Shown here piece by piece: positions 46,213 to 55,938 of a stretch of 64,000 nucleotides of DNA. The DNA is from Clostridia bacterium (GTDB lineage Bacteria; Bacillota; Clostridia; Christensenellales; Aristaeellaceae). Numbering within the stretch: the stretch's first letter is position 1; every line of letters begins with the position of its first letter. The notes under the pieces are model-generated. The model was given only the letters and a program-made list of their open reading frames with translations, did not search any database and had not been told where the DNA came from. Where the stretch lies: contig JAFYDF010000017.1 in assembly GCA_017544935.1 (NCBI GenBank), positions 12,782 to 76,781 of the forward strand, in the 5' to 3' direction. Made by a program: the position numbers and the translations under genes.

Positions 46213-46965
46213 ATGGACTTGTTTCATCCGAATGCAGCCCCTTTTTTCATGAAAGGCGGCGAGCATGCCGTGCTGCTGACGCATGGATTTACCGGTTCTG
46301 CGGGACACATGCATCCACTGGGGGATATATTGAATGCCAAAGGCTTTACTGTGCAGGGAATCCTGCTGCCCGGGCATGGCACCAATCTGGAGGATATGCG
46401 CCAGCGCTGCTGGCAGGAGTGGCTCGATGCTGAACTGACAGCCGTGGAAGCATTGAAAAAGGAATATCGGTATGTTTCGGTGGCTGGACTGTCCATGGGA
46501 GGCGATCTTTCATTGATCGCCGCATCCCGATATCCGCTGACGGCATGCGTATCTATTTCAGCCCCCATGAAGACCAAGGCACGCTTCGGATGGGCAGCGC
46601 GAATAGTGGCTCTGGTAAAGCCTGTGGCGGAATGGACGAACGGTGCAGTTACGCGCACGGATCTGATACCGGAGTATAATATCGGGTATACCGGGATGCC
46701 TGTGGCACGGGTCTATGATTTGCGTCAACTGATGAAACAGGCGAGAAGAGGACTCGGGAAAATCACATGCCCGCTTCTTGTCATTCAGAGCCATGCGGAC
46801 GAAACAATCAGTGAAGACAGCGCACAAATCATTCTTGATGGAGCGGGAACATCGGTAAAAAAGATGTTGTGGCTGGATGGCGTACCGCATGTTTGTACGA
46901 TTTCTACTGCATTGGACCAAATCGCGGAGGAAATGGCAGATTTCCTGAAAAGTGCCGAAAAATAA
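46213..46965 (+). CDS. Alpha/beta hydrolase (carboxylesterase/monoacylglycerol-lipase-like)
   Basis: Start placed after the terminator, with GGGAGAGG as RBS. HGFTGS oxyanion region, nucleophile elbow GLSMGG, and a C-terminal His in GVPHV. Confidence 0.8.
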   Translation: MDLFHPNAAPFFMKGGEHAVLLTHGFTGSAGHMHPLGDILNAKGFTVQGILLPGHGTNLEDMRQRCWQEWLDAELTAVEALKKEYRYVSVAGLSMGGDLSLIAASRYPLTACVSISAPMKTKARFGWAARIVALVKPVAEWTNGAVTRTDLIPEYNIGYTGMPVARVYDLRQLMKQARRGLGKITCPLLVIQSHADETISEDSAQIILDGAGTSVKKMLWLDGVPHVCTISTALDQIAEEMADFLKSAEK

Positions 46966-46981
46966 GGACATTTGCAATATT

Positions 46982-47014
46982 GCGCGGGCAATCGAAATAG
47001 CTCGCGCTTTTTTT
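46982..47014 (+). terminator. Rho-independent terminator
   Basis: GCGCGGGC…GCTCGCGC stem followed by TTTTTTT. Confidence 0.7.
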
Positions 47015-47038
47015 GATATATATTTTGCAATAAAACAC

Positions 47039-47067
47039 TTGCATGACATATAAAAGCGTAGTATAAT
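47039..47067 (+). promoter_or_regulatory. Sigma-70-type promoter
   Basis: TTGCAT (47039-47044), 17 nt, TATAAT (47062-47067). Confidence 0.55.
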
Positions 47068-47147
47068 CGCGTGCGTTGCATCGGAATGAATGCCGTGGCA
47101 GTTTATCTGCTGCATGATGAACCAATAAATATGCTCGGAGGAAACAT

Positions 47148-47531
47148 ATGCCTTTGACCAAATGCCCCCGCTGTGAACTGAATTACCTGATGGAAGGCGA
47201 AAAGGTCTGCAAGATCTGCCGCATGGAAATGAAGGGTGAGCCTGTCCGTGACGAAGTGGAAATGTGCACTGTCTGCGGTGAACACCCTGCATTACCCGGA
47301 AAAGATGTCTGCCTGTTCTGCCTGAAGGAAATGAGCGGAACGGATACCGAAGAAGAAAACGAAGATGGGGTTGCGCTTGAAGACGCGACGATTGATGATG
47401 ATCCCATCAGCGGTATGGATGAGATCATCCCTGACAGCGATACGGATGGCGACGAGACCATGTCCCTGGAAGCCCTTGGCGAAGAAGAAGCCGAGGAAGA
47501 TGAGGACGAGGACGATCAATTCGAGCAATGA
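47148..47531 (+). CDS. Double zinc-ribbon protein with acidic tail
   Basis: CPRC…CKIC and CTVC…CLFC pairs, then a D/E-rich C-terminal half. RBS GGAGGAAA. The stop overlaps the next gene (ATGA). Confidence 0.65.
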   Translation: MPLTKCPRCELNYLMEGEKVCKICRMEMKGEPVRDEVEMCTVCGEHPALPGKDVCLFCLKEMSGTDTEEENEDGVALEDATIDDDPISGMDEIIPDSDTDGDETMSLEALGEEEAEEDEDEDDQFEQ

Positions 47532-48217
47532 GCATTTTTGCCATAGGGGATCTGCATTTGCCGGGCGGCGATGATAAATCCATGGCGGTCTTCGGCCCAC
47601 AGTGGGAGAATCACTGGGAGAAGATTGCTGCTGACTGGCAAGAGCGTGTCCATCAGCAGGACATCGTGCTGATTCCCGGGGATATCAGCTGGGCTATGCA
47701 CCTTGAAGATGCATTGCCTGACCTGCAGATGATCGGGGCAATGCCCGGATGCAAGGTCATTCTTCGCGGGAACCATGATTACTGGTGGGGTGCTATCACA
47801 CGAGTGAGAGAATCACTGCCGGATGGAATGTTTGCGCTTCAGAATGATGCGGTTGTGCTGGGCGGAGTTGCTTTCTGCGGATCTCGGGGCTGGCTGTATC
47901 CCGGTGAAGGTACTGAAGGAGAAGATGCAAGAATATATGCTCGGGAGCTGATCCGTATGCGTCTGTCTCTGGAGCGCGCGCGTTCGCTTTTGCCGGAAGG
48001 CCCGATTGTTGTTATGACCCACTTTCCGCCCCTTGGTGAAGGTGGAATGACAACTCCAATGTCGGAACTCATAGAAAGTTTCGGCGTGAATGATGTCGTG
48101 TATGCTCATCTTCACGGCCAGGCGGTTAAAAGTGCCTATACTGGTACCAGGAACGGTGTGCGATATCATTTTACGTCCTGTGATGGACTGGCATTTAATC
48201 TATACAAACTTCCGTGA
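47528..48217 (+). CDS. Metallophosphoesterase (Icc/MPP superfamily, predicted phosphohydrolase)
   Basis: AIGDLHL, PGDISW, GNHDYWW, HFPP, AHLHG motifs. Confidence 0.8.
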   Translation: MSIFAIGDLHLPGGDDKSMAVFGPQWENHWEKIAADWQERVHQQDIVLIPGDISWAMHLEDALPDLQMIGAMPGCKVILRGNHDYWWGAITRVRESLPDGMFALQNDAVVLGGVAFCGSRGWLYPGEGTEGEDARIYARELIRMRLSLERARSLLPEGPIVVMTHFPPLGEGGMTTPMSELIESFGVNDVVYAHLHGQAVKSAYTGTRNGVRYHFTSCDGLAFNLYKLP

Positions 48218-48271
48218 AAGTGGCAGTTTAAGGATATTATAAAACAAAATCATTCATAAATGTGGAATTTA

Positions 48272-48299
48272 AAGCGGATTATATCCGCTTTTTTTGTTT
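48272..48299 (+). terminator. Rho-independent terminator
   Basis: AAGCGGATtatATCCGCTT followed by TTTTTGTTT. Confidence 0.8.
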
Positions 48300-48603
48300 G
48301 CTTGTGGCTGTAAAAGAAATGAAAGTGGAGATCTGAAACTATATCGCAGATAATAGGAGAAGAACAGAAATAGAGTAAAAATCGCCAAAGAAAAATTAAT
48401 TTTTTCTTAACTAAAAATTTGTTTATTGTGCATAAAATAATACAAAATATTAGTGCAAATAACACATTATTCTTTGATTTTACTGCAAAGAATCAAGTAC
48501 GATCAGGGCAGAAATCGCATAGTAATGCGAACATATATTCTGAAAACATTAAAAATATTTCAATTGTGTAACGAAAAAATCTCCCAAAGACTTATCTTGA
48601 CGG

Positions 48604-48632
48604 TTGACAAGAGGATAAAAGTGGTGAATAAT
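48604..48632 (+). promoter_or_regulatory. Candidate dcw (mraZ) promoter
   Basis: TTGACA (48604-48609), 17 nt, AATAAT (48627-48632). Confidence 0.45.
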
Positions 48633-48676
48633 GGTGCACGCAAGGCAGTAAGTGCCATAATGTGGATGATAAGGTG
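48622..48676 (+). promoter_or_regulatory. 10-bp-phased G-rich pentamer array, candidate MraZ operator
   Basis: TGGTG (48622), TGGTG (48632), AAGGC (48642), GTGCC (48652), GTGGA (48662), AGGTG (48672). The array lies between the promoter -10 and the mraZ start. Confidence 0.4.
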
Positions 48677-48685
48677 GTGCGCAGC

Positions 48686-49213
48686 ATGAAAGAACACGTG
48701 GACTCGATGAGCCCGGCTCAGTCCGCGTTGCTTGAAAAATACGCGCACCTTCTGCGCCATGGTTTTCGCGGCGCTTATGTGCACGGACTGGATGCGAAGG
48801 GACGTATGATTGTACCTTCCGCTTTCCGCCCTGCTTTAGGAGATAAGTTCTATATTTGCATGACTCCGGATCTGCGCGCGATTGCTATATATCCGGCTCA
48901 GGAATGGGAGCTGTATTACTGCTCACTGCTTGAGCTGCTTGAGAAGGATATGCGCATGGAACGGGTCGTCAACCTTTTTACGAAGTATACGTATGACGAA
49001 TGCGAATGCGATGCCCAGGGTCGTGTACTCCTTCCACAGAAGCTGCGTGCAAGGTTTTTGAGTGATACACGTGATGTAGAAGTAAGCGGCGCTGGTTCTC
49101 ATATCCGAGTAATGAGAGCTGATGAAGCCGAGAAAGAATATGAGCAGGTCAGCGCAGATATACCGGACGTGCTGGCATTTGAAGCCGAGATTGCTGCCAA
49201 GCATGGCGACTGA
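48686..49213 (+). CDS. mraZ: Transcriptional regulator MraZ
   Basis: Two SpoVT/AbrB-type repeats with LDAKGRMIVPSAF and CDAQGRVLLPQKL. ATG 8 nt after AAGGTGG. The N-terminus is about 25 aa longer than typical MraZ. Confidence 0.85.
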   Translation: MKEHVDSMSPAQSALLEKYAHLLRHGFRGAYVHGLDAKGRMIVPSAFRPALGDKFYICMTPDLRAIAIYPAQEWELYYCSLLELLEKDMRMERVVNLFTKYTYDECECDAQGRVLLPQKLRARFLSDTRDVEVSGAGSHIRVMRADEAEKEYEQVSADIPDVLAFEAEIAAKHGD

Positions 49214-49241
49214 CGCTGAATAGAGGGAAGGACCAGAAGGA

Positions 49242-49751
49242 ATGTCGACGCAAAGGAAAAACATCTTGACATATCATGCTATGGGAAAAATGCTGACACC
49301 CGATGCAGGGATCTATGTTGGAAGCCATGTGCATATTCCTGAAGAGGATGCACGCTTGGATTATGATGGACGCATTAGTTTTGTTGCCCCCAGTGATACG
49401 CCTCGCCGTAAGTCAGTCACGATTAGCCTTCGCACAATTATGGTAATATCCCTGATTGCAGCCGCTGTTCTCTTTATTATGGCTCAGTATGCACTGGCCC
49501 AGCGTCGTGCGGTTATAAATGAAGGACGCCGTATCGCCTCAGAGATAGTCTCAGCTGAGAACAATATCGAATCGATGAAGAAAAAGATCGCGGATGCTCA
49601 GGATGAAAGCGTGATTGGCTGGCAGGTGGTCCATCGCATTGGTATGGTCAGCCGCCAAGGTGCAGAGGTCGAGGAAATATATGCACCGGACACGCGTCCG
49701 CAGCAGACGCTTGAAGCGCTTTTTGAAAACATGCGTGCCGCGGGACAGTGA
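49242..49751 (+). CDS. FtsL-like bitopic cell-division protein
   Basis: Position in the dcw cluster. Single TM IMVISLIAAAVLFIMAQYAL followed by a coiled-coil segment (IVSAENNIESMKKKIADAQ). Confidence 0.5.
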   Translation: MSTQRKNILTYHAMGKMLTPDAGIYVGSHVHIPEEDARLDYDGRISFVAPSDTPRRKSVTISLRTIMVISLIAAAVLFIMAQYALAQRRAVINEGRRIASEIVSAENNIESMKKKIADAQDESVIGWQVVHRIGMVSRQGAEVEEIYAPDTRPQQTLEALFENMRAAGQ

Positions 49752-49830
49752 CAGGGGATTGCAGGGTTGCAACAAACGGCTTTTCTGCATATAATATAAA
49801 AGCGTTCCGACGGGAACAGAGGAGCTTTGC

Positions 49831-51300
49831 ATGAGACTGAGTGAACTTGCACATTTGTGCCCGCAATTTATATTGGAAGAAAAGGGAGACTGCGAAGTGC
49901 GTCTTCCTTTTATGGACAGCCGGAAGACAATGGAAGCCGGGCTGTTTTTCTGTATTTCCGGAGCACGTTTTGACGCACATGATTTTGCCGGACAGGCAGT
50001 AAAGAACGGCGCAGCTGCCCTGGTTGTGGAGCGGCTTCTTGCTATCGACGTACCCCAGTTGGTAGTTAAGAACGTTCGTGAAGCATTTGGTCCGATGTGT
50101 GCTGCATTGTATGGCAATCCCTCTAGGCGGATGCGAATGATCGGAATTACAGGAACAAAGGGAAAGACTACATCCAGCTATCTGATGAAGGCTGTGCTTG
50201 AAGCTGCGGGACTGAAGGTTGGCCTGATTGGTACTACGGGAAACATGATAGGCAGCACCATGCTGCATGGTGAAATGACAACCCCGGAAGCAGACGCTCT
50301 TCAGGGGCTGCTGTTCCGCATGGCCGAAGAAGGGGTACAGGCCGTTGTAATGGAAGTATCCGCACATGCGACTGCTATGCACCGCGTGGATGGTATTCTC
50401 TATGACGTAGGCTGCTATACCAATCTGTCCCAGGATCATCTGGATTATTTTGGCACCATGGAACGTTACTTCGATGCCAAAAAGATTTTCTTTACGCCTG
50501 AATTCATTCGCCGTGCTGTGCTCAATGTTGATGAGGAAACGACTGCGCGTATTACAGACGGTATAAAGGTTCCTTATGTCCGCTATGGTATCAGTAATAA
50601 TGCAGAAATATACGCTCGCGATATTGAGATCAGCGAGGAAGGCGTGTCTTTCCGCCTTTGTGTGAAGGGTATAGGTGAAAAAAACGTTTCTCTGCGTATG
50701 ACGGGCATCTTCAATGTATATAATGCGCTGACCGCCGCTGCAGCTGCCTGCGAGCTGGGCATCGATCTGGAATCTGTCGTGAGAGGCCTGGAGAGCGTTA
50801 AAGCAGTGCCCGGTCGTGCGGAGATCCTTGATACACATACACCCTATAAAGTCCTGCTTGACTATTCGCATTCGCCGGAAGCACTGGAGAATATCCTGAC
50901 GGCAGTACGCGATTTCACGCGCGGGAGAGTGATTGCTGTATTTGGCTGTGGCGGTGACCGTGACCATGGCAAGCGCCCGATGATGGGCGAGATTGGCGGA
51001 CGTCTGGCTGATTACTGCATCTTAACGAGCGATAACCCGCGTAATGAAGATCCGTACGAGATCCTGGCTGCAATCGAGGAAGGCATTCGACGTACTAGCG
51101 GTGAGTATACTGTGATCGAGGATCGGCATGCTGCAATCCGCAGCGCATTGAAAATGGCAAAAGCTGGAGATATTGTGGTGTTGGCTGGAAAAGGCCATGA
51201 AACATATCAGGAAATCCGTGGTGTGAAGCGCCCGTTCGATGAGAAAGTAGTCGTACGCGATTTGCTGGCAGAATTACAGGCTGAAAAGACGCACGCATAA
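49831..51300 (+). CDS. murE: UDP-N-acetylmuramoyl-L-alanyl-D-glutamate--2,6-diaminopimelate ligase
   Basis: GITGTKGKTT P-loop. DNPR motif (LTSDNPRNEDP), indicating meso-DAP specificity. Confidence 0.95.
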   Translation: MRLSELAHLCPQFILEEKGDCEVRLPFMDSRKTMEAGLFFCISGARFDAHDFAGQAVKNGAAALVVERLLAIDVPQLVVKNVREAFGPMCAALYGNPSRRMRMIGITGTKGKTTSSYLMKAVLEAAGLKVGLIGTTGNMIGSTMLHGEMTTPEADALQGLLFRMAEEGVQAVVMEVSAHATAMHRVDGILYDVGCYTNLSQDHLDYFGTMERYFDAKKIFFTPEFIRRAVLNVDEETTARITDGIKVPYVRYGISNNAEIYARDIEISEEGVSFRLCVKGIGEKNVSLRMTGIFNVYNALTAAAAACELGIDLESVVRGLESVKAVPGRAEILDTHTPYKVLLDYSHSPEALENILTAVRDFTRGRVIAVFGCGGDRDHGKRPMMGEIGGRLADYCILTSDNPRNEDPYEILAAIEEGIRRTSGEYTVIEDRHAAIRSALKMAKAGDIVVLAGKGHETYQEIRGVKRPFDEKVVVRDLLAELQAEKTHA

Positions 51301-51312
51301 GGAGAAGACGAC

Positions 51313-52347
51313 ATGCTGTTTATGATTGGTGCGGCGGCAGCCGCTTTTGCATTGATGCTGGCTTTGATGCCGATCTGTATTAAAAAGCTGCGTGCCCTTA
51401 AGTTCGGACAGACGATGTATGAACTTGGACCACAAAGCCATCTCAATAAAAAGGGAACGCCCAATATGGGCGGAATCGTGATGGGTCCTGTAACGGTCGT
51501 GTGTACAGTGCTTGCGTTTACAGTCAGTTATTTTTGCTCTAGAGACCCTGCTTCAACCTGGCGGTTCTGGTCATTGGAGAATGCGCTGTGGGCGCTGCTG
51601 TTCCTCTCCATTGGCTGTATGCTGCTGGTCGGCTTTTCAGACGATTATATCAAGGATGTCAAAAAGGACCATGAAGGACTGCGCCCCAAACAGAAGATTG
51701 TACGCCAGCTGGCATTGGGTTTAATCTTTTCGGTGTGGGCTTATTTCTTTATCGGACATGATGTGATTATTCCATTTACGGGGAAGACATGGGATCTTGG
51801 AATTTTCTATATTCCTTTGATCACACTGACAGTACTATTCATGACCAACAGTTCCAATCTTCAAGACGGTTTGGATGGATTGCTTTCTACGGTGACAGTG
51901 GTCGGAATGATTGCCTTTGGTGTGATTGCCTGGGCGTTTAAATGCATTCCCAGCACAGAGAACTCTGCGGTATGCGCAGTACTGGCATTTGCACTGGTTG
52001 GTGCGGCTGCTGGTTTCCTGGTGTTCAATCATTATCCGGCTAAGATCTTTATGGGTGATACGGGAAGCATGTTCATCGGAGCGGTAATGGTAGGGATAGC
52101 AGTTGTTCTGCGCCTGGAATTCCTGCTCCTGCTGATTTGCTTTACCTGTGTGATGAGCTCCGTATCAGTCATTATGCAGAGATACTATTTCAAACTGACT
52201 CATGGTAAGCGGATTTTCAAAATGTCGCCGATCCATCATCATTTTGAAATGTGCGGAATGAAAGAAACGCAGATCGTGTGCATGTACGGTATCGTAACAG
52301 CGGTATTGTCTGCGGTTGCGATTCTGTCACTGCTCAAGTGGTGCTGA
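51313..52347 (+). CDS. mraY: Phospho-N-acetylmuramoyl-pentapeptide transferase
   Basis: KKGTPNMGG, NLQDGLDGL, GDTGSMFIG, HHHFE motifs. Confidence 0.95.
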   Translation: MLFMIGAAAAAFALMLALMPICIKKLRALKFGQTMYELGPQSHLNKKGTPNMGGIVMGPVTVVCTVLAFTVSYFCSRDPASTWRFWSLENALWALLFLSIGCMLLVGFSDDYIKDVKKDHEGLRPKQKIVRQLALGLIFSVWAYFFIGHDVIIPFTGKTWDLGIFYIPLITLTVLFMTNSSNLQDGLDGLLSTVTVVGMIAFGVIAWAFKCIPSTENSAVCAVLAFALVGAAAGFLVFNHYPAKIFMGDTGSMFIGAVMVGIAVVLRLEFLLLLICFTCVMSSVSVIMQRYYFKLTHGKRIFKMSPIHHHFEMCGMKETQIVCMYGIVTAVLSAVAILSLLKWC

Positions 52348-52364
52348 AAGAGGAGGGGCTGGCT

Positions 52365-53738
52365 TTGGCGGACCGCGGATATTGGAAGAATAAACGTGTT
52401 TTGGTGCTGGGTATGGCTCGCAGCGGCGTAGCCGTTGCCCAGCTTTTGTGCAAATTTGGTGCTGTACCGGTTCTGAATGACCGGAAATCTGAGGATGAAC
52501 TGGGGGATGCATTGCTGCAGTTGAAAGGATTGCCTTGCGAATGGCGGCTGGGTATTGCACCTGAACAGTTGCTGGATTCATGCGATATTCTTCTGATCAG
52601 CCCGGGCATTGCTATTGACTCGCCGATCGTACGTCTGGCAAAAGAACGGGGGATTCCGGTAACCGGTGAGCTTGAAGTGGCTTCACAGCTGGCAGATGGT
52701 GCACTGTATGCATTGACCGGAACGAATGGAAAAACGACTACGGTATCCCTTTTGGGAGAGATCTGGCGTGCAGCGGGAAAACTGGCTTATGTAGCGGGCA
52801 ACATCGGCTATCCGCTGTCTGCGGCGGCAATGCTGAGCAAACCAGAGGATGTACTGATTGCAGAAGTATCTTCTTTCCAGCTTGAAACGACGGAGACCTT
52901 TCATCCCCGCGTTGCTGCGGTTCTGAATATTACGGAAGATCATCTGAATCGTCATTATACGATGGAGAATTACGCGAATGTAAAGCGTCATATTTTTGAT
53001 GCTCAGACATCCGCGGATGTTGCTGTTCTGAATGCTGATGACGACTACTGTTGTGCTATGGCAAAAGGTTTGGCGGCACGTGTGGCTTGGTTCAGCCGTA
53101 CGCGTGAAGTAGACGAAGGTGCGTTTGTGAACAATGGAAAGGTTGTAGTGCGATGGAATGGAACCGAACGTGCTGTATGCTGCGTAGATGAGATCTATAT
53201 TCCCGGACCCCATAACCTGGAGAATGCACTTGCCGCAGCGATGATGAGTTATGCAGCAGGCGTTCCCGCACCAGTAATTCGGCAGGCCTTACGGACGTTT
53301 AAAGGAGTAGAACACCGCATTGAATTTGTGCGTGAACTGGATGGTGTTAAGTGGTATAATGACAGTAAGGGCACAAATGTGGATTCAACGATCAAAGCTG
53401 TACAAACGATGCGTGCACCGACTGTGCTGATCCTGGGTGGATCGGACAAGCATGTATCCTTTGAAGCCTTGGCACGTGAGATTATTGTCAGTGGACAGAT
53501 CAAACACACCGTACTGTGCGGAGCGACAGCTCCTCAGATAGAGGAAGCGCTGCGTGCAGCAGGTTATACAGCAATTGAACATGCTTCTGACTATGCTGAA
53601 ACGGTTGAAAAGTGCCGCAAACTGGCGGTAGAGGGCGGGAACGTGCTACTCTCTCCTGCCTGCGCTTCCTTTGACCAGTTCAGCGATTATGAACAGCGTG
53701 GACGCGTATTCAAGCAATTAGTAAACGCGCTGTACTGA
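52365..53738 (+). CDS. murD: UDP-N-acetylmuramoylalanine--D-glutamate ligase
   Basis: TTG start 6 nt after GAGGAGGGG, just past the mraY stop. VLGMARSG, GTNGKTTT. Confidence 0.9.
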   Translation: MADRGYWKNKRVLVLGMARSGVAVAQLLCKFGAVPVLNDRKSEDELGDALLQLKGLPCEWRLGIAPEQLLDSCDILLISPGIAIDSPIVRLAKERGIPVTGELEVASQLADGALYALTGTNGKTTTVSLLGEIWRAAGKLAYVAGNIGYPLSAAAMLSKPEDVLIAEVSSFQLETTETFHPRVAAVLNITEDHLNRHYTMENYANVKRHIFDAQTSADVAVLNADDDYCCAMAKGLAARVAWFSRTREVDEGAFVNNGKVVVRWNGTERAVCCVDEIYIPGPHNLENALAAAMMSYAAGVPAPVIRQALRTFKGVEHRIEFVRELDGVKWYNDSKGTNVDSTIKAVQTMRAPTVLILGGSDKHVSFEALAREIIVSGQIKHTVLCGATAPQIEEALRAAGYTAIEHASDYAETVEKCRKLAVEGGNVLLSPACASFDQFSDYEQRGRVFKQLVNALY

Positions 53739-53749
53739 GGGAGGAGAAA

Positions 53750-54547
53750 ATGGAAAACGGCATGGGATCAGGAATGCCTGAACAGCCGCAGGAAATGCCC
53801 AAAACGATTTCCTACAGACGGCGGGGCATTGATCCGCGCGTGATTGTTGGCGTGGCTGTTGTTGTATTGCTGATCCTTGCATTGCTGTTTTTCTTTTCAT
53901 GGACGAGGATCCGTACTGTACAGGTCGATGGTCTGAATACGATTTCTCCCGAGACTGTCCTTCGCTTGGCCGGACTGAACAGAGGTGCGACTTACTTTGG
54001 TGTACGTGAGAACCGGATCCGCGCAGGAATCGAGAGCAATCGGTATCTTGCCTATGAAGGCATGGAGAGAATCTGGCCTGATATGCTGTACATCAAGGTT
54101 TACGAACGAGAGCGAGTAGCAGATTTTCTATATATGGGTGTACAGTATACGCTTGCCGAGGATGCCATGGTACTGGAAAGTACCACCAATATCACGGCCG
54201 CGGGAAGCGGCATGCGGGTATCTGGCCTGAGCATCAGGGATATTCGTGTCGGTGCACAGGTGATCTGCCAGGATGAAGCACAGCTTGCAGCATTACTGGA
54301 CATCATGCTGGAGCTCAAGCTACAGGGAGTACGAGATGCGGTCGAAGAGATAAACCTGACGAATATGGACAGCATCTATCTTCTTTCAAAAGATGGATAC
54401 ACAGCTAATATAGGAACGGCTGAAGATCTACGGGCCAAGATTGGTACCGTGCGTGCAGTGACAGCGGAACTCAAGCGTCGCGGCCTGAGCGGGGGAACAA
54501 TAGATGCTACTATACCTGGACAGGCTGCCTATCGGCCGGGACAATAA
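53750..54547 (+). CDS. ftsQ: Cell-division protein FtsQ/DivIB (POTRA domain)
   Basis: Cytoplasmic N-terminus, TM VIVGVAVVVLLILALLFFF, then POTRA-like IRTVQVDGLNTISPETVLRLAGL. Confidence 0.75.
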   Translation: MENGMGSGMPEQPQEMPKTISYRRRGIDPRVIVGVAVVVLLILALLFFFSWTRIRTVQVDGLNTISPETVLRLAGLNRGATYFGVRENRIRAGIESNRYLAYEGMERIWPDMLYIKVYERERVADFLYMGVQYTLAEDAMVLESTTNITAAGSGMRVSGLSIRDIRVGAQVICQDEAQLAALLDIMLELKLQGVRDAVEEINLTNMDSIYLLSKDGYTANIGTAEDLRAKIGTVRAVTAELKRRGLSGGTIDATIPGQAAYRPGQ

Positions 54548-54606
54548 AATTTTACAATTTTTCGCACTTTTTTGTGAAAAAAGATATACATAATAAAATA
54601 TAGCCC

Positions 54607-54635
54607 TTGCCAAATTATCACAAAAAGGTTACAAT
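54607..54635 (+). promoter_or_regulatory. Internal sigma-70-type promoter upstream of ftsA-ftsZ
   Basis: TTGCCA (54607-54612), 17 nt, TACAAT (54630-54635). Confidence 0.5.
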
Positions 54636-54725
54636 GAAGTATCCTGATGACAGTCTGTGCATTTGGCTTTTTGCCGTATGTCCGTGACTGTACACCGTGT
54701 GATGCTTGAAGGGATGAGGGTCAAG

Positions 54726-55901
54726 ATGAAGAACACCTTTACTACAGTTGATTTTGGTACGGGCAAGATCGTCGCGCTTACTGCACGTACGAGCGGCCGC
54801 ATGCGCTGTGACATCATGGGCATGGGCAATTGCCGTTATGCCGGCTTTGCCGACAGACGCTGGAATGATCCTGCTTCGCTAAACGAGGCAATTTCCAAAG
54901 CCGTTCAGGATGCAGAACAGGATGCGCATATTCGCATTCATGAAGTAACTGTCGGAGTACCAGGCGAGTTTTCCAATGTCTATACTGTTGAAACAAAGGT
55001 TGATATCCAGGGCGCTGAGAAGCGCGTTACGGCCAATGATATCGATAACTTGCTGCGTCAGGCACAGCGTGAGCTGAACCTGGATAATGCCGCTCCATTG
55101 CATCGCAGTCCTGCATGGTTCATGGTGGGCGATGGCAAGAAGACGCTTGAGCCGGTGGGTATGCATGGAGAAACGCTGCGTGGGCGTATTTCGTTTGTTG
55201 TAGCCGATCCCTTCTTTGTGGATGATGTTTCCGAACGTTTCCGTGCGTTGGGGATTACTGTGGAATCCTTCCTTTCCACCCCTGTCGGACAGGCAATGCG
55301 TTTTGTACCGCCTGAAGAGCGCGACAGGACAGCGGTGCTGATCGATATGGGTTATCTGAATACCGAAGTCATGGCCGTGGAAGGCGAAGCAGTTGTTTTC
55401 CATCGTACACTGCCTGTTGGCGGCGGCAATATTGCTGCGGACGTTGCGTACGGTCTGAACATCCCGCTTGATAGTGCGGAACAGATCAAGCAAAGCTATG
55501 TATTCGGCGTTTCGGGAGGCACAGAAGATTTTACTGTAGCTGATCGCGATGGTGTCAATAAGACATTTACCCGAGATGAAGTGAAAGAGGTACTGGAGCC
55601 GCGTGTTGAGGAGATCGCTGAGCAGATTGCCGAGACGATCAAAATGAGCGGGATCCGACTTGGTGTTAATTCTGTTGCGTATCTGGTAGGCGGCGGGCTT
55701 GTCATCAACCGCGGTGGACGCGAGTTCCTGAGCACTAAGCTGGGCCGCACTGTCCGTGAAGCACAGCAGAAGATGGGCAAGCTTTCTAGCCCGGTCTATA
55801 CGAGTGCGCTGGGTGTGCTTGACCTTATGATTGAAACACGCAACAGCACGCATCCGATCGGTGGCCTCAAGGGCTTCTTCAGTGATCTTTTCGGCGGCTG
55901 A
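54726..55901 (+). CDS. ftsA: Cell-division protein FtsA
   Basis: [18 protein letters not shown] actin-like N-terminus. C-terminal amphipathic [12 protein letters not shown]. Confidence 0.9.
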   Translation: MKNTFTTVDFGTGKIVALTARTSGRMRCDIMGMGNCRYAGFADRRWNDPASLNEAISKAVQDAEQDAHIRIHEVTVGVPGEFSNVYTVETKVDIQGAEKRVTANDIDNLLRQAQRELNLDNAAPLHRSPAWFMVGDGKKTLEPVGMHGETLRGRISFVVADPFFVDDVSERFRALGITVESFLSTPVGQAMRFVPPEERDRTAVLIDMGYLNTEVMAVEGEAVVFHRTLPVGGGNIAADVAYGLNIPLDSAEQIKQSYVFGVSGGTEDFTVADRDGVNKTFTRDEVKEVLEPRVEEIAEQIAETIKMSGIRLGVNSVAYLVGGGLVINRGGREFLSTKLGRTVREAQQKMGKLSSPVYTSALGVLDLMIETRNSTHPIGGLKGFFSDLFGG

Positions 55902-55938
55902 TAAGCCGCGCAGCATCATATCAACCGGAGGAAGAAAT

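Noticed and set aside
45142-46377. 411-aa minus-strand ORF.
   Set aside because: It is antisense to efp, the acidic zinc-ribbon gene and the esterase start. It is an artefact of GAA/GAT-rich sense codons lacking antisense stops.
48250-48465. 71-aa minus-strand ORF in the mraZ upstream region.
   Set aside because: It runs through the plus-strand terminator and has no RBS. Its Phe/Ile/Lys-rich content is consistent with AT-rich noncoding DNA.
49648-50967. 439-aa minus-strand ORF.
   Set aside because: It is antisense to murE, which has unambiguous Mur ligase motifs.
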